Below, piece by piece: positions 36,021 through 46,460 of a stretch of 64,000 nucleotides of DNA. The stretch is from a virus. Lineage: Duplodnaviria; Caudoviricetes. The stretch lies in IMG/VR virus record IMGVR_UViG_3300043775_000410, positions 9,161-73,160 of that record. One strand, given 5' to 3'. The notes below the pieces were generated by a model that saw nothing but the letters and a program-made list of their open reading frames with translations, was not told the DNA's origin and did no database searches. Numbering within the stretch: the first letter of the stretch is position 1; each line of letters begins with the position of its first letter. The position numbers and the translations under genes were made by a program.

Positions 36021-36813
36021 TATAGTTCTCCTTGATGTATTTTGCAGCATCTACATGTGCTGGCTCTAGTGGATGCGTTGTAGCAAATGGATATTTAAAA
36101 TCCCTAGCCCATGTGTAAAATCCTTGATTGTTTGGGAATGTTACCCACCGATCAAAATCAATTTGATTATACAGTGTGGTTATGTTTTCGTCATTCATTA
36201 GATATGTACAGTTATTTAACAGTGCTTCGTCGACCATTGAAAATATATATGGTGTTTTCTTTAACTGTAGATATTGTTGCAACATAATAATTTCTGTTAG
36301 CGAATTATATGTTTCCCAATAGGCCGTTGACCCAACGTGTTTGTAAAAGGTTTTAGCAAAATCTGCTGTGCCTGTTTGTTTAGCTCGTAACAAATGATTG
36401 GTATGGTGTTGCAACACTGTTGTATTGTTGGCTCTAAATTCTTTTTTTATGTCTTCCACATTGTCGATAATTGACCAAGGATTTAGATTATACCAATTGC
36501 CCCAACGTTCGCCTGTATCATATTCAAATCTAAATTCGTACCTGCCAGGGAATGTCCAAGTAACAATAACTAGTCCTATATTTTGTATACGTTCACAGGC
36601 GTTCATTACTGTGCGACGAATTGCACTGTTGCTGAATCCAGGATATGCCGCACACTCGTACTGCATGCCAACGTCTCGAGCTAACAGCGCCGGAAAAGTA
36701 CTTTGACTGACAATTGGATAAGCGGGCTCGGTGCCATTAGGATCCAATGGTGATACACCATCAGCTAACTCGCTACCGTAGGTAAAACTATCGCCGCCTG
36801 CTAGTAAAATCAT
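35986..36813 (-). CDS. SGNH/GDSL-like protein
   Basis: GGDSFTYG, PGFSN, THP...AH. Confidence 0.75.
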   Translation of the reverse strand: MILLAGGDSFTYGSELADGVSPLDPNGTEPAYPIVSQSTFPALLARDVGMQYECAAYPGFSNSAIRRTVMNACERIQNIGLVIVTWTFPGRYEFRFEYDTGERWGNWYNLNPWSIIDNVEDIKKEFRANNTTVLQHHTNHLLRAKQTGTADFAKTFYKHVGSTAYWETYNSLTEIIMLQQYLQLKKTPYIFSMVDEALLNNCTYLMNDENITTLYNQIDFDRWVTFPNNQGFYTWARDFKYPFATTHPLEPAHVDAAKYIKENYNELVNEFIPQN

Positions 36814-36817
36814 TAAA

Positions 36818-37912
36818 TTATCTTGCCCTTTTAAGTTCTAATATCTGTTGATCCTGATAATCAGAATCTGACCAATCATATTCATACGTAGCAGATGCCA
36901 GACTAGTTCTTAGATTGTATACATTTAGGTGAGAACCTAGCTGTGGCCATATCACGTCGTGGTCTTCTGAGCCAAACGTTCTTTGTAAATCAACCTGTCC
37001 CACTTGTGGGTGACCTATAGTTAATGATTTATCGTTAGGATCAAATCCATTGTCTATTAACCATTGAGTAAAATCTGCTAATTCTTTTTTCATCCAATCA
37101 TACTGACCCGGACTAATTGCCCATTCAATATCAAAGTCACCTGCCGCTTCTGTTTGTGAACGCATTGCTGATGTAGTTAATTCATCAATCCTATGGCCTG
37201 CACCGCCTTCATCACGAAAGACTTCATAATGATGTTTGCCAATGGCTTTATTAACTCCTACAAATACGCCGCCTGCCGGACGATTTAAACTTTCAATTCC
37301 AAATAATTCAAAATCGTCTGCGTCTAATACAAAGCGTGGAGCATTTAACCAACACATCAATTGACTAGGTCGGCGCCATTGCGGAGCATGCACGGCTTTA
37401 CGCATGCTTAGTACCAGAGATTCATATTCATGACATAATAAATTTAACTGGCGGATATGCCATTTTGTACTGTCATCGGCCTGGTTGTAATAGCCCGACA
37501 TGTGACCGCTTACTCCCTGCAGATCTTCGAAATATCTATGTAGTTGATTTAGTTTATCGTGTACTAGTTTTCCGCCTTCGAGGAATTCGCCAATCTCCCC
37601 CGGCACTATGGTATTAGCCACTGTGAAATGATCGTTGATATGATAGCCAAGGTTGGCCTGATTAATTGCTGCAATTGATTGATTGATTTGATCAGTTATA
37701 TATTCTGCATTACGTCCGGACTCGACGAATCCATGAAAACAAAAATTCTTCTCAAGGTGATAGTTATTTGCTATTAGATTGTTTAGTGCTGTTAGCCATT
37801 TGCGGCTAAGAGAGCTGTCATATACATCAATGTATACAGTTAACAGTTCATCGGTTTTATTGTTTTTTAAATCAATTTCAAGTTGATCAAGCAATGTTTT
37901 GGTACCATTCAT
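36818..37912 (-). CDS. Hypothetical protein in the radical SAM cluster
   Basis: 364 aa ORF; LNQLHRYFE and LNLLCHEYE His motifs. Confidence 0.75.
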   Translation of the reverse strand: MNGTKTLLDQLEIDLKNNKTDELLTVYIDVYDSSLSRKWLTALNNLIANNYHLEKNFCFHGFVESGRNAEYITDQINQSIAAINQANLGYHINDHFTVANTIVPGEIGEFLEGGKLVHDKLNQLHRYFEDLQGVSGHMSGYYNQADDSTKWHIRQLNLLCHEYESLVLSMRKAVHAPQWRRPSQLMCWLNAPRFVLDADDFELFGIESLNRPAGGVFVGVNKAIGKHHYEVFRDEGGAGHRIDELTTSAMRSQTEAAGDFDIEWAISPGQYDWMKKELADFTQWLIDNGFDPNDKSLTIGHPQVGQVDLQRTFGSEDHDVIWPQLGSHLNVYNLRTSLASATYEYDWSDSDYQDQQILELKRAR

Positions 37913-39176
37913 ATACAGCCGGTCTCTCTTTTAATATGTCTGCTAGTGTAAGTGTATCATTACGTATACTTTCTAGTCGTAGCACACGAGCCTTGCCCTC
38001 TGCAAGACTTACTTTGTATATATCGGGCCATTGCTCGTCAAACGTTGGTCGTGATTTTAACTGCACAAGTATATCCTGCATTGCTCCAGAAGTTTGTGGG
38101 ATTAGCTCATCTAACCATGGATGTAATAACTCGCGTGGGAGTGCAAGTGGACTAAGGATAATATCAGGGCTAAAGCTAAAAACAACCTTAGCCAAGATAT
38201 CTACGTTTTCTTTTTCAGCAAGCTGGGTAATGTTTGTGACTTCAAACATGCCGGGCAGTGTGAGAGTGAAGTCAATTCGCATTTGGCGTCTGTGACTTGC
38301 AATTCTAACTCCTTCACGGAAGTTTGTAAGCCATGAATTATAGTCAAGTCCTGTTCTAATATATTCTCCAATTTCTTGCGTACCATCAAGACTTGCACAT
38401 ATCTGCCAATCACGTAGCCTGCTAAGAATATCACTATACAGATTGGTCCCACGGTAAGTGACACGGCTGAGGTTTGTGTTGTAACGAGCATAGACATTTT
38501 TACCATCTCCTAATTCAACAATGCGTCGCATATAACGCCAATGTTGTTCATACATTAGTGGCTCTCCGCCTACCCAATATACTTCTTCTACTTGATGGTT
38601 CTCGACTGCATCTGCGAACTCACGTTCTATCTGAGTATCTTGGAACTGTTCAATTTGTTTTTTGACTTCAGGGCGCATCCAATTATTCTTTGGATTATCC
38701 CAATTGATCATGTTGTGGTGTCTTTGTTCAGTTTCCCATGCGCTAGACAACATATCACCGCACATACGACACTTGAAGTTGCATAAGTTACTAAATCGAT
38801 AATCCCAACTCACCGGACGAAGTGTAGTAGTTCCGTCCGGTTGGGTATTCTCTACTATACTATCATATTTATGAGCAAACATCTGATCAAAATAACTACG
38901 GTAAACTGATGTGTTCAATAACTTGTCATTACACACTTCACACTCGGGCAATATTTCACCTGCCATCATACGGCGACGCACTGACTTCATGTGGTCACTG
39001 TTCCAGTGTTCTTCTAATGTAATAGGAATGTACTTGCCTGTACCGGCACTAGTATCAATATACTGCTCAAAGTTCTGCGCTGGCTCGCGTGAGGCACAGC
39101 ACATCCTGCGTTCAGTTTGTGGTGAAAGGTATGTGTGTACCCAAGGTGCCAAACAAAGCGTTTGCGGTTTATCCAT
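37887..39176 (-). CDS. Radical SAM protein with N-terminal twitch/SPASM-like Fe-S domain
   Basis: CLAPW..MCC..ECEVC; CNFKCRMC; GGEP; NTN. Confidence 0.9.
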   Translation of the reverse strand: MDKPQTLCLAPWVHTYLSPQTERRMCCASREPAQNFEQYIDTSAGTGKYIPITLEEHWNSDHMKSVRRRMMAGEILPECEVCNDKLLNTSVYRSYFDQMFAHKYDSIVENTQPDGTTTLRPVSWDYRFSNLCNFKCRMCGDMLSSAWETEQRHHNMINWDNPKNNWMRPEVKKQIEQFQDTQIEREFADAVENHQVEEVYWVGGEPLMYEQHWRYMRRIVELGDGKNVYARYNTNLSRVTYRGTNLYSDILSRLRDWQICASLDGTQEIGEYIRTGLDYNSWLTNFREGVRIASHRRQMRIDFTLTLPGMFEVTNITQLAEKENVDILAKVVFSFSPDIILSPLALPRELLHPWLDELIPQTSGAMQDILVQLKSRPTFDEQWPDIYKVSLAEGKARVLRLESIRNDTLTLADILKERPAVYEWYQNIA

Positions 39177-40254
39177 TCAAATCCCAGTCTGGAAATATTT
39201 CTGCAAATTTCAGTTTTGATGTTATGTCTTCTAGTTTAATTTTGTCAGCTAACTTAGACAGCAACGATTGATCATATTCTGTAGAATTAATAATATTAAT
39301 CATTTGTTGTTTTAAGGGATGATCAGTTGCCTGACTAATCCAAGTAGTTCGTTGTTCGTTGTTTAACACAGCAAGTGATAAACAAGGAATATTTCCAACA
39401 TGAGTTAAAATTATTGTAGGTTTTTTGTCCAATAGATGAGCTGGCAAATTAGAAAACCACGTGATAAATTCATTAAAACCCCATATACTAATTGCCGTAA
39501 CAACATAATTTATTACAATATTGTTTGATACGGTCATCCACTGTTCGGCTATATGTTTTACATTATTCCATTTAATGGGTCTTCTTTGATATTCAAAGTA
39601 CGATCCGCCACCATCAATGCTTAGGGTAATTGACACTATATCAAATAATTTTAATTTATCTAATAACAATGGATCTAACTTACTTGCATTGGTAACTAGA
39701 CTAATAGAAATATTTTTTGATATTCCTTTATTAATATAATAGTCTAAAATTTTGTAAGTAGACGGATGTATAGTTGGCTCGCCACCTATCAGAGTAAGTG
39801 TCTTAATATTTAGATACGGCAATTCGTCAATATTTTCGTTGGCACGCCGAATAGTATGAATTGTGTGTTGCTTAGTGTCATGCTTTCTCAACCAATTATT
39901 TCGCTTACTACTAGCCCAGCCACTGCATATAATACATTCAGCATTACAATAATTACCTATATTAATTGATACTTGAGTTACCTCATCTACCGATGTTACA
40001 TCCTCGCTGAATGACGATTTGTTGCCTATGGCTGCAATAAAATCAGATCTCGCGCTGTGCAATTGATTTTTTTCATTGTTCCAGCAACGATTACAACAAG
40101 GACTTTGTTGATCATTTAAAAATGCCTGTTTAAGTTTTGATATGTCTGCTTCGCTTCTAATCCGTTGTGAGTCACAGCAAGGAGAAACTTCCTCAAGCGG
40201 ATTAATATATCGATTTGTCCATGGTGCTGGACAAAAATTATTAGTTGACATCAT
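39169..40254 (-). CDS. Radical SAM protein with N-terminal twitch domain
   Basis: FCPAPW, PCC, CCNRCW; CNAECIIC; GGEP. Confidence 0.88.
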   Translation of the reverse strand: MMSTNNFCPAPWTNRYINPLEEVSPCCDSQRIRSEADISKLKQAFLNDQQSPCCNRCWNNEKNQLHSARSDFIAAIGNKSSFSEDVTSVDEVTQVSINIGNYCNAECIICSGWASSKRNNWLRKHDTKQHTIHTIRRANENIDELPYLNIKTLTLIGGEPTIHPSTYKILDYYINKGISKNISISLVTNASKLDPLLLDKLKLFDIVSITLSIDGGGSYFEYQRRPIKWNNVKHIAEQWMTVSNNIVINYVVTAISIWGFNEFITWFSNLPAHLLDKKPTIILTHVGNIPCLSLAVLNNEQRTTWISQATDHPLKQQMINIINSTEYDQSLLSKLADKIKLEDITSKLKFAEIFPDWDLNG

Positions 40255-42754
40255 TATATCCCATGGCTAGTGCAATTTCTCTATGCGTGGTTAACATACT
40301 CTGCTCACGATAAGCATCTGTCTGTTGCATCTTACGTAGGAATTCTATACCATCACTGCCTTGGCCATTTTCAATAAACTGAATTATCTTATCAATTTCA
40401 ACACGATGCTTAACAGCAAATGGATAAGCAGTTAATCGATCTATAACTAATCGTTGAGCAGCAGGTGTCATTCGATTAATACACATAACATTTGGATCAT
40501 GTAACATATTAAAATACACATAATCAAATGTTTGAGTATCAGCCCATTGACAAAATTCAGGCAAGTAATAAACATTCTGTATATTAACAGTAATGCATAC
40601 TTGAGTATCTAATTTATCACTGCGCAGACTATTAAATTTAATAATATTATCCTGCACTTCTTGCCAATCAGCGCCGTAACGTTCGTATTCAAATCGTGCT
40701 TCGGTATTATCTACACTAACTGCGATCTCAACATCCTTAAACTTACTCCACATCTCAACAACATCGTCGCCCGGATATACTGTTCCGTTAGTATTATAGT
40801 GAATATCAATACGATCACTGTAGCCTTGCTCAACTGCATATCGTAGCAATTCAAAATGCTGTTCAATTAAAAACGGCTCACCACCAGTAAACTCAAAATA
40901 TTTAATATTAGGCAACAATTCTTTAAGATTCGTCCAAAAGTCTGGGCTGTTTCTTGGCCAACTTCCTTCTTGTAAAAACATCCATGCACCGTGTTCTTTT
41001 CGATCGAAGTCCGGATCAGCATTGGCTAGATAGTCAATTTCTTCTTTGGCCCATTTGCTACTTGACCAACTGCCGCATATACGACATTTAAGATTGCAGA
41101 TGTTACCTAGTTTAAGATCAATGAACCACAGTTGGTCGGGTGTATCATTACGCCAGTCTACCAAAGGATAAAATTCTTTTAATCTAATTCTACTATTGAT
41201 ACGCTTACTTTGTCTACCAGCATCTTCTTCATCCCAGCAACGTTGACAGGTTGCAGGTTTTTCACCTTTACGAAATTGTTGTCGCAGATCCTGCATGTAT
41301 TCGCTATTGTAAATTTCTACAATAGTACTTTCAGTTAGTTTATATGGTGTGCCATCACTCTTAGTAATTTCGTCTTTGGCCAAACAACACGGACGAGCTG
41401 TACCTACCGGACTTGCTTCTATACTAACCCAAGGTAACATACAGATATTTTCGTGTGTGGTATTGATACCCACAGCAGCACGTAACTCGCTGTATTCTGG
41501 GAATACTGCTTCAAACTCTTCTTTACGATAGTCATCAAGTTGATCTGCTACCTTAAAGAATTCACCTAGTAAGTGGCTTTTATCATCCTGATACATAAAT
41601 GTTATGATAGCCTTGTATCCACTGACTGCACGATCAAGTTTATCTAACGGTTCTAGCCAAGCTATGTGTTCTTCGACTTTTTGTCGTATGCGATCTTTAT
41701 ACATAATAGGCAATGCATCCAGACGATTTCTTTCAGGACTTTGTAGGATATTAATGTTCCAATCCATTGGTCTGATTAAGCCAAGCTCAACCCACTCACG
41801 ATGAAAATCCATTACGTGCCATGCATTAAAGATACTTACAGTACTACTGATATAAAAGTCTACTTTAGGGCAAATTTCTATCATCTTCCGACGATTATCA
41901 ACAATTTCATCCCACACTGTGCCCTTACGTATATACTCGCCGCGAGCATAACTATCGTCTAAACTTGCGCCCACACTTACTACATCAAATAATTTCCAAT
42001 ACTCAAATACCATCTTATCTTTAAGACGTATGTGGCTAAAGTTTGTATTGTAGATCAGTCTAACATGAAACATTTTTCGCTTGACTAGTTCTTCTAAGAT
42101 GCGATAATGTTCTTCCATAATCAACGGTTCGCCACCAGCAAAGTAAATCTGCTCTAGGTAAGGAATATGCTCCTGCATTTGTTCCCACATGTCTTCTTTA
42201 TCACGTCCAGCAAACATAAATTGCGGATGATTGCGTTTGCCAAATATCTCAGTTTCTTCTTTATACCAACTGCTGCTAAACCAACTACCACAGGTGCGGC
42301 AACTGAAGTTACATAGATTAGTAAAACGTATATCGTAGTAGCGTAATTTAAAATCTTCAAACGTACCGTCTTCTAAAGTTTGATCTACCAGCGCAATATG
42401 CTGTCCAAAATTCTTGTTAGCACTGTTACGCATACTAAAGAAGCCATTTTCTTCTTGTTCGTAACAACGTGCGCACTCTTTACTAGGCTTATCTTCGATC
42501 ATATTAACACGCATTTGTCGATATGGTACACTGTTCCATATTTCTTTCATGGTATTTTCTCTTAGATTACCAATAGGCAAATGCATTTCGCCTAGACAGC
42601 AAGGATATGCTCGACCATCAGGAATTCCATGCATATGAATCCACGGAATCATACAAAAATTATCACTGTCAATTAGTTTATATTTTTGCGGATCTGATAA
42701 TGATTCTAACGGTATGTATTCAGGTTTTCGTGCATTGTAATTTTTATCGCTCAT
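40241..42754 (-). CDS. Tandem double twitch-radical SAM protein
   Basis: Two units: FCMIPW..PCC..CARC..CNFSCRTC..GGEP and ICMLPW..PCC..CQRC..CNLKCRIC..GGEP. Confidence 0.9.
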   Translation of the reverse strand: MSDKNYNARKPEYIPLESLSDPQKYKLIDSDNFCMIPWIHMHGIPDGRAYPCCLGEMHLPIGNLRENTMKEIWNSVPYRQMRVNMIEDKPSKECARCYEQEENGFFSMRNSANKNFGQHIALVDQTLEDGTFEDFKLRYYDIRFTNLCNFSCRTCGSWFSSSWYKEETEIFGKRNHPQFMFAGRDKEDMWEQMQEHIPYLEQIYFAGGEPLIMEEHYRILEELVKRKMFHVRLIYNTNFSHIRLKDKMVFEYWKLFDVVSVGASLDDSYARGEYIRKGTVWDEIVDNRRKMIEICPKVDFYISSTVSIFNAWHVMDFHREWVELGLIRPMDWNINILQSPERNRLDALPIMYKDRIRQKVEEHIAWLEPLDKLDRAVSGYKAIITFMYQDDKSHLLGEFFKVADQLDDYRKEEFEAVFPEYSELRAAVGINTTHENICMLPWVSIEASPVGTARPCCLAKDEITKSDGTPYKLTESTIVEIYNSEYMQDLRQQFRKGEKPATCQRCWDEEDAGRQSKRINSRIRLKEFYPLVDWRNDTPDQLWFIDLKLGNICNLKCRICGSWSSSKWAKEEIDYLANADPDFDRKEHGAWMFLQEGSWPRNSPDFWTNLKELLPNIKYFEFTGGEPFLIEQHFELLRYAVEQGYSDRIDIHYNTNGTVYPGDDVVEMWSKFKDVEIAVSVDNTEARFEYERYGADWQEVQDNIIKFNSLRSDKLDTQVCITVNIQNVYYLPEFCQWADTQTFDYVYFNMLHDPNVMCINRMTPAAQRLVIDRLTAYPFAVKHRVEIDKIIQFIENGQGSDGIEFLRKMQQTDAYREQSMLTTHREIALAMGYNDVN

Positions 42755-44127
42755 AGTGTTTCGTACCAGTCCGCTAATTGTGTAAATGTGTATTTAAAGT
42801 CTAGACCACGACGCTGGTCGTATTGCTGATAAAAGTTTTTAAAGTCACGTTGTAATACTTCACGTGATAGTGCTCCACTATGTGGACTGTTCACAGTCTG
42901 TAAGTACTCAATCAATCTAGCCAATTGATTATATTCAGATTCGTGTAGTTCACTGTGTGCTGCTTCGCCAAATTGTTGTAGGTCTTCGGCCATTTGTTCA
43001 CGTATCTCAATAGGCAAGATCAACGGACTTTGGAAACTAGGGAATCGTAAGATGTTTAGACTAAAGTTAATTGCATCCTTGCCATAAGTGCCTTTAAGTT
43101 TTACTATCATCCATAACAAATCAGTAAGGCTTAGTAAGCATAGAGCATTGATGGTACACATAACATGTAGGCCTCGCAATTTCTTGCTATCCAATAGATA
43201 CTGTACATTGCTAACCCATTGATCCCAATCCAAGCCATCACGTATATACATTGCATGACGGCCCCACGATTCATTGCTAGTGTACAAATCCAATTCGATA
43301 CCTTGTGTAGCATCTAATAACCTCTCTAATTTATCTTTCTCAAATCCTAAATTACTATTGATGGCAAGACGTGTAGTACTTTGTCCTTTATTCTTTTGAA
43401 ACCATTCTATTAGACGCCAGGTGTATCCTGACATTAAAGGTTCGCCACCTGTGATGCGCAGTTCTTTTAACGTCTTGTGTAGGTCTGTTTCCCACCATTT
43501 GAAGAACGCTTCGACATAAGGATTAACTTCATCGAGCTTAAACAATTGATTGCTATCATGAGTATGAGTAAAGTGGTTACGTCCATCCGACACCAAATCG
43601 GTGTAGGCACCGTTATTCCGAATGTCTTTAACCCAAGTAGTGCTAAATGCAGGGTTACAGTAGCTACAAGCAAACTGACAAGTGCGGTCAAAGGCGATTT
43701 CCAAAGTCCGGAGGTTAACATCTTGATCCGAAGGTAAATTGTATGCATAGTTTAAATCCTCATCGTTATAAATTACAGTTTTGTACACCCGATCACTAAT
43801 AGGAGTTGGTACATCAACCCCATCATACTTAGGATCTTTATACATGTCTTCAATCTTCCAGCAGTATTCGCATCCGCTAGGACGATCACCTACCTGCATC
43901 TGTTTACGCTCTAATTTCTTTTGCGGAGTGTTATGGATAGCACTAGGATTAGTTTTAATTGCTTCTAGGTCAATAGCATGCGGCAATGGGTGATGACAGC
44001 TAGTAGTCTGTCCCGACCCTAACCATATAGTAGCGTTATACCATTTAGCCGCGCAGAATGATTCTGACTTAATGTCAATTACTCTACGCTTATATTCTAA
44101 ATCTGTTTCGTTAGCTATTTTCGGCAT
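42751..44127 (-). CDS. Twitch-domain radical SAM protein
   Basis: FCAAKW, SCHHP, CEYCW, CQFACSYC, TGGEP. Confidence 0.9.
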   Translation of the reverse strand: MPKIANETDLEYKRRVIDIKSESFCAAKWYNATIWLGSGQTTSCHHPLPHAIDLEAIKTNPSAIHNTPQKKLERKQMQVGDRPSGCEYCWKIEDMYKDPKYDGVDVPTPISDRVYKTVIYNDEDLNYAYNLPSDQDVNLRTLEIAFDRTCQFACSYCNPAFSTTWVKDIRNNGAYTDLVSDGRNHFTHTHDSNQLFKLDEVNPYVEAFFKWWETDLHKTLKELRITGGEPLMSGYTWRLIEWFQKNKGQSTTRLAINSNLGFEKDKLERLLDATQGIELDLYTSNESWGRHAMYIRDGLDWDQWVSNVQYLLDSKKLRGLHVMCTINALCLLSLTDLLWMIVKLKGTYGKDAINFSLNILRFPSFQSPLILPIEIREQMAEDLQQFGEAAHSELHESEYNQLARLIEYLQTVNSPHSGALSREVLQRDFKNFYQQYDQRRGLDFKYTFTQLADWYETL

Positions 44128-45505
44128 GGTATTTGCACTCCTGCCAAAACTCTTTCATTTGTGGGAACGTTTCCAAAAATATTAATCCCCTGCGTTTGTC
44201 GTATTCATTGAAGAACTTATAAAAGTCTGCTCTTTGTATTGTAACATAGTCTGCGGCAAGTTCGCAACCTTGTTTCATCCATTCAACATTACGTTCCATA
44301 CGTTGTATTTCATAATCTTTAAAGCCTTCGAAGTTATCAGCTGTTTCGTCTGCTTGATTTGCTCGCATAAAGGTAACAACATCTTCCAATATGTGGACAT
44401 AGCTTGCTGGTAGTATTTGTAAACTTTGATATGTTGGACTGCGTAACAAGGGTGTATCAAACCATACACGTTGATAGGTTGAACTGTATTTTTTACGCAT
44501 CTCTAATATTGATTCAAGTAATTGCTTTAGTCCCAGTATGTTTAAATTATTCATTGTGATAATAAACGTTAGACTATTGCGATAAGGAATGTCAGTTAGA
44601 AATTGATGCGCATAAGACATGCATCTAAAATAATGTAGTCCGTCGCGAATATATTCTGCATGCTCGCTGTTACCTGTGTCTAGGCTAACATACTGCATAA
44701 AGTGTTCAATGCGTTCACCTTCACATAGTTGCTTAACTTTATCTATGTATTTCTTAAACAGGTTACTATCTACACTAAAGTTACTAGTTACATCAACATG
44801 TAAATCACTCTTAGGCAGGGCAAGTATGTAGTCAAACACACGATGTGTATTCTTATCCATTAACGGCTCGCCACCAGTCATACGGAAGTGTTTTAAACTG
44901 CCGTATAAGTCCGGCCACCAACGCCAAAATGCTTCTACATAGGGATTTTCCGCACGTACAGGAATTGGCTTACGTCTGCCTTCAAAGTGTTCAGGCGCAT
45001 TGTGCGGTACACTAGTTGGATAAGCACCCCAACGATCAATGTCTTTGCCCCATTCTGTTGAGTACTGTGGACTGCAATAGCTACAGGCTAGATTACAGCC
45101 GTGACTAAAGTTTACTTCTACGTAACTTGGTACAACGTCTTGGTCCCACGGTGCATTTACTATAGTTTCGTAGTGTTCAGCTGCCCATGGCTCACCACTA
45201 CGATAGTGTCTATCGCTTAATTGTTTGTTATCTTCTGCTGACCAACAATAACTACATTCACTAGGACGTTGCTGTTCTAACATCAGCTTACGCTGTTGTT
45301 TTTTATGTGCTGTGTTATGTAGTGCGCCAGGATTGAACAGCAACGGCGCACTATCAATTTCGTGCAATGGTGGATGATAGCAACTGTTGGTTAGCCCAGT
45401 TGGCAAGTGTAGACTTACCTGTTGCCATTTAGCCAAGCAGAGTGCAGGACCTAATTTGTCCTTCATTTCTTCTGCTGTTGACATAAAGTCGCTTTTAGTT
45501 TTCAT
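44111..45505 (-). CDS. Twitch-domain radical SAM protein
   Basis: LCLAKW, SCYHP, CSYCW, CNLACSYC, TGGEP. Confidence 0.9.
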   Translation of the reverse strand: MKTKSDFMSTAEEMKDKLGPALCLAKWQQVSLHLPTGLTNSCYHPPLHEIDSAPLLFNPGALHNTAHKKQQRKLMLEQQRPSECSYCWSAEDNKQLSDRHYRSGEPWAAEHYETIVNAPWDQDVVPSYVEVNFSHGCNLACSYCSPQYSTEWGKDIDRWGAYPTSVPHNAPEHFEGRRKPIPVRAENPYVEAFWRWWPDLYGSLKHFRMTGGEPLMDKNTHRVFDYILALPKSDLHVDVTSNFSVDSNLFKKYIDKVKQLCEGERIEHFMQYVSLDTGNSEHAEYIRDGLHYFRCMSYAHQFLTDIPYRNSLTFIITMNNLNILGLKQLLESILEMRKKYSSTYQRVWFDTPLLRSPTYQSLQILPASYVHILEDVVTFMRANQADETADNFEGFKDYEIQRMERNVEWMKQGCELAADYVTIQRADFYKFFNEYDKRRGLIFLETFPQMKEFWQECKYHAENS

Positions 45506-46460
45506 AATGCGGAATGATTCTTGTAACCTGTTTGTTATATTGTTGAGCTATTAATAACTGACGATTATATTCTATAGTGTGTTGCATTTTAATATTTAAC
45601 TCTACCAACTCTGCTGTTGATAATTTTGCTAAACGATCAATTAATTCTAAGATAGCAAGGTATCGTGCTTTACCATCTGCGTTATCATATAGCTCGGGCC
45701 AATATTCATCAAACGTTTTAAATCCTATTTGTTTTAAATAGCCAAGATAAAATTTAGATGCCATAACAATAAAAGGTTTTCTACATAATATTGCACGTGC
45801 AATCTTTTCAGTAGGATAAAATGTATTACCTAAAGTCGTAGCTTCAACTACAATATCTACAAAAATATTTTTGTATAGATTATTAAGATCACTATTGTAA
45901 TCATAACTACCAGTGGTGTACTCGTATGCAGGTATAGGTTGAAAATATTGTTCTTTATTTTGTACTAACTGATCTAATTTAGCTGCGCCAGTTGTATCCC
46001 AGGCAAATAGTTTTTGTATATCAACTAACTTGCGTGTGTCTTCACTGTCTGTGTTAAATCTTAATTGTAATAAACTTTTGTCATTATAATGTTGCGCTAA
46101 ATGGCCTGCAATGCCAACCCGAGGTGCACTAGGTCTTCCGTAAAAACATCCAAATATTTTTGTTTGATTCCACGTATAGTCATTCGATGTTTTAAATTTT
46201 CTAGATTGTTTTAACCAATATGCCCAATTAATAACAATTCTATATCTATCGTGGCATTCAACAGCATTGGCAGTTACAATAGTAACTGAAGTAAATGTAA
46301 ATAAATCGAGTATTGCATACACTCCACAAAATTGCAAGCAATGTGATTCTTGATTTACAATTAACTTAATATCTGTATGTTCGTGATCACGGCAGAATTT
46401 AATAAATGGAGTAATATTGTGCAGCTGATCATTTTCTAATTGTAGTGTATACGTATTCAT
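45495..46460 (-). CDS. Putative glycosyltransferase (GT10-like C-terminal motif)
   Basis: IVVE....F.PTEK..RAI....PFIV......L..L...GFKTF....YD. Confidence 0.55.
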   Translation of the reverse strand: MNTYTLQLENDQLHNITPFIKFCRDHEHTDIKLIVNQESHCLQFCGVYAILDLFTFTSVTIVTANAVECHDRYRIVINWAYWLKQSRKFKTSNDYTWNQTKIFGCFYGRPSAPRVGIAGHLAQHYNDKSLLQLRFNTDSEDTRKLVDIQKLFAWDTTGAAKLDQLVQNKEQYFQPIPAYEYTTGSYDYNSDLNNLYKNIFVDIVVEATTLGNTFYPTEKIARAILCRKPFIVMASKFYLGYLKQIGFKTFDEYWPELYDNADGKARYLAILELIDRLAKLSTAELVELNIKMQHTIEYNRQLLIAQQYNKQVTRIIPHYEN

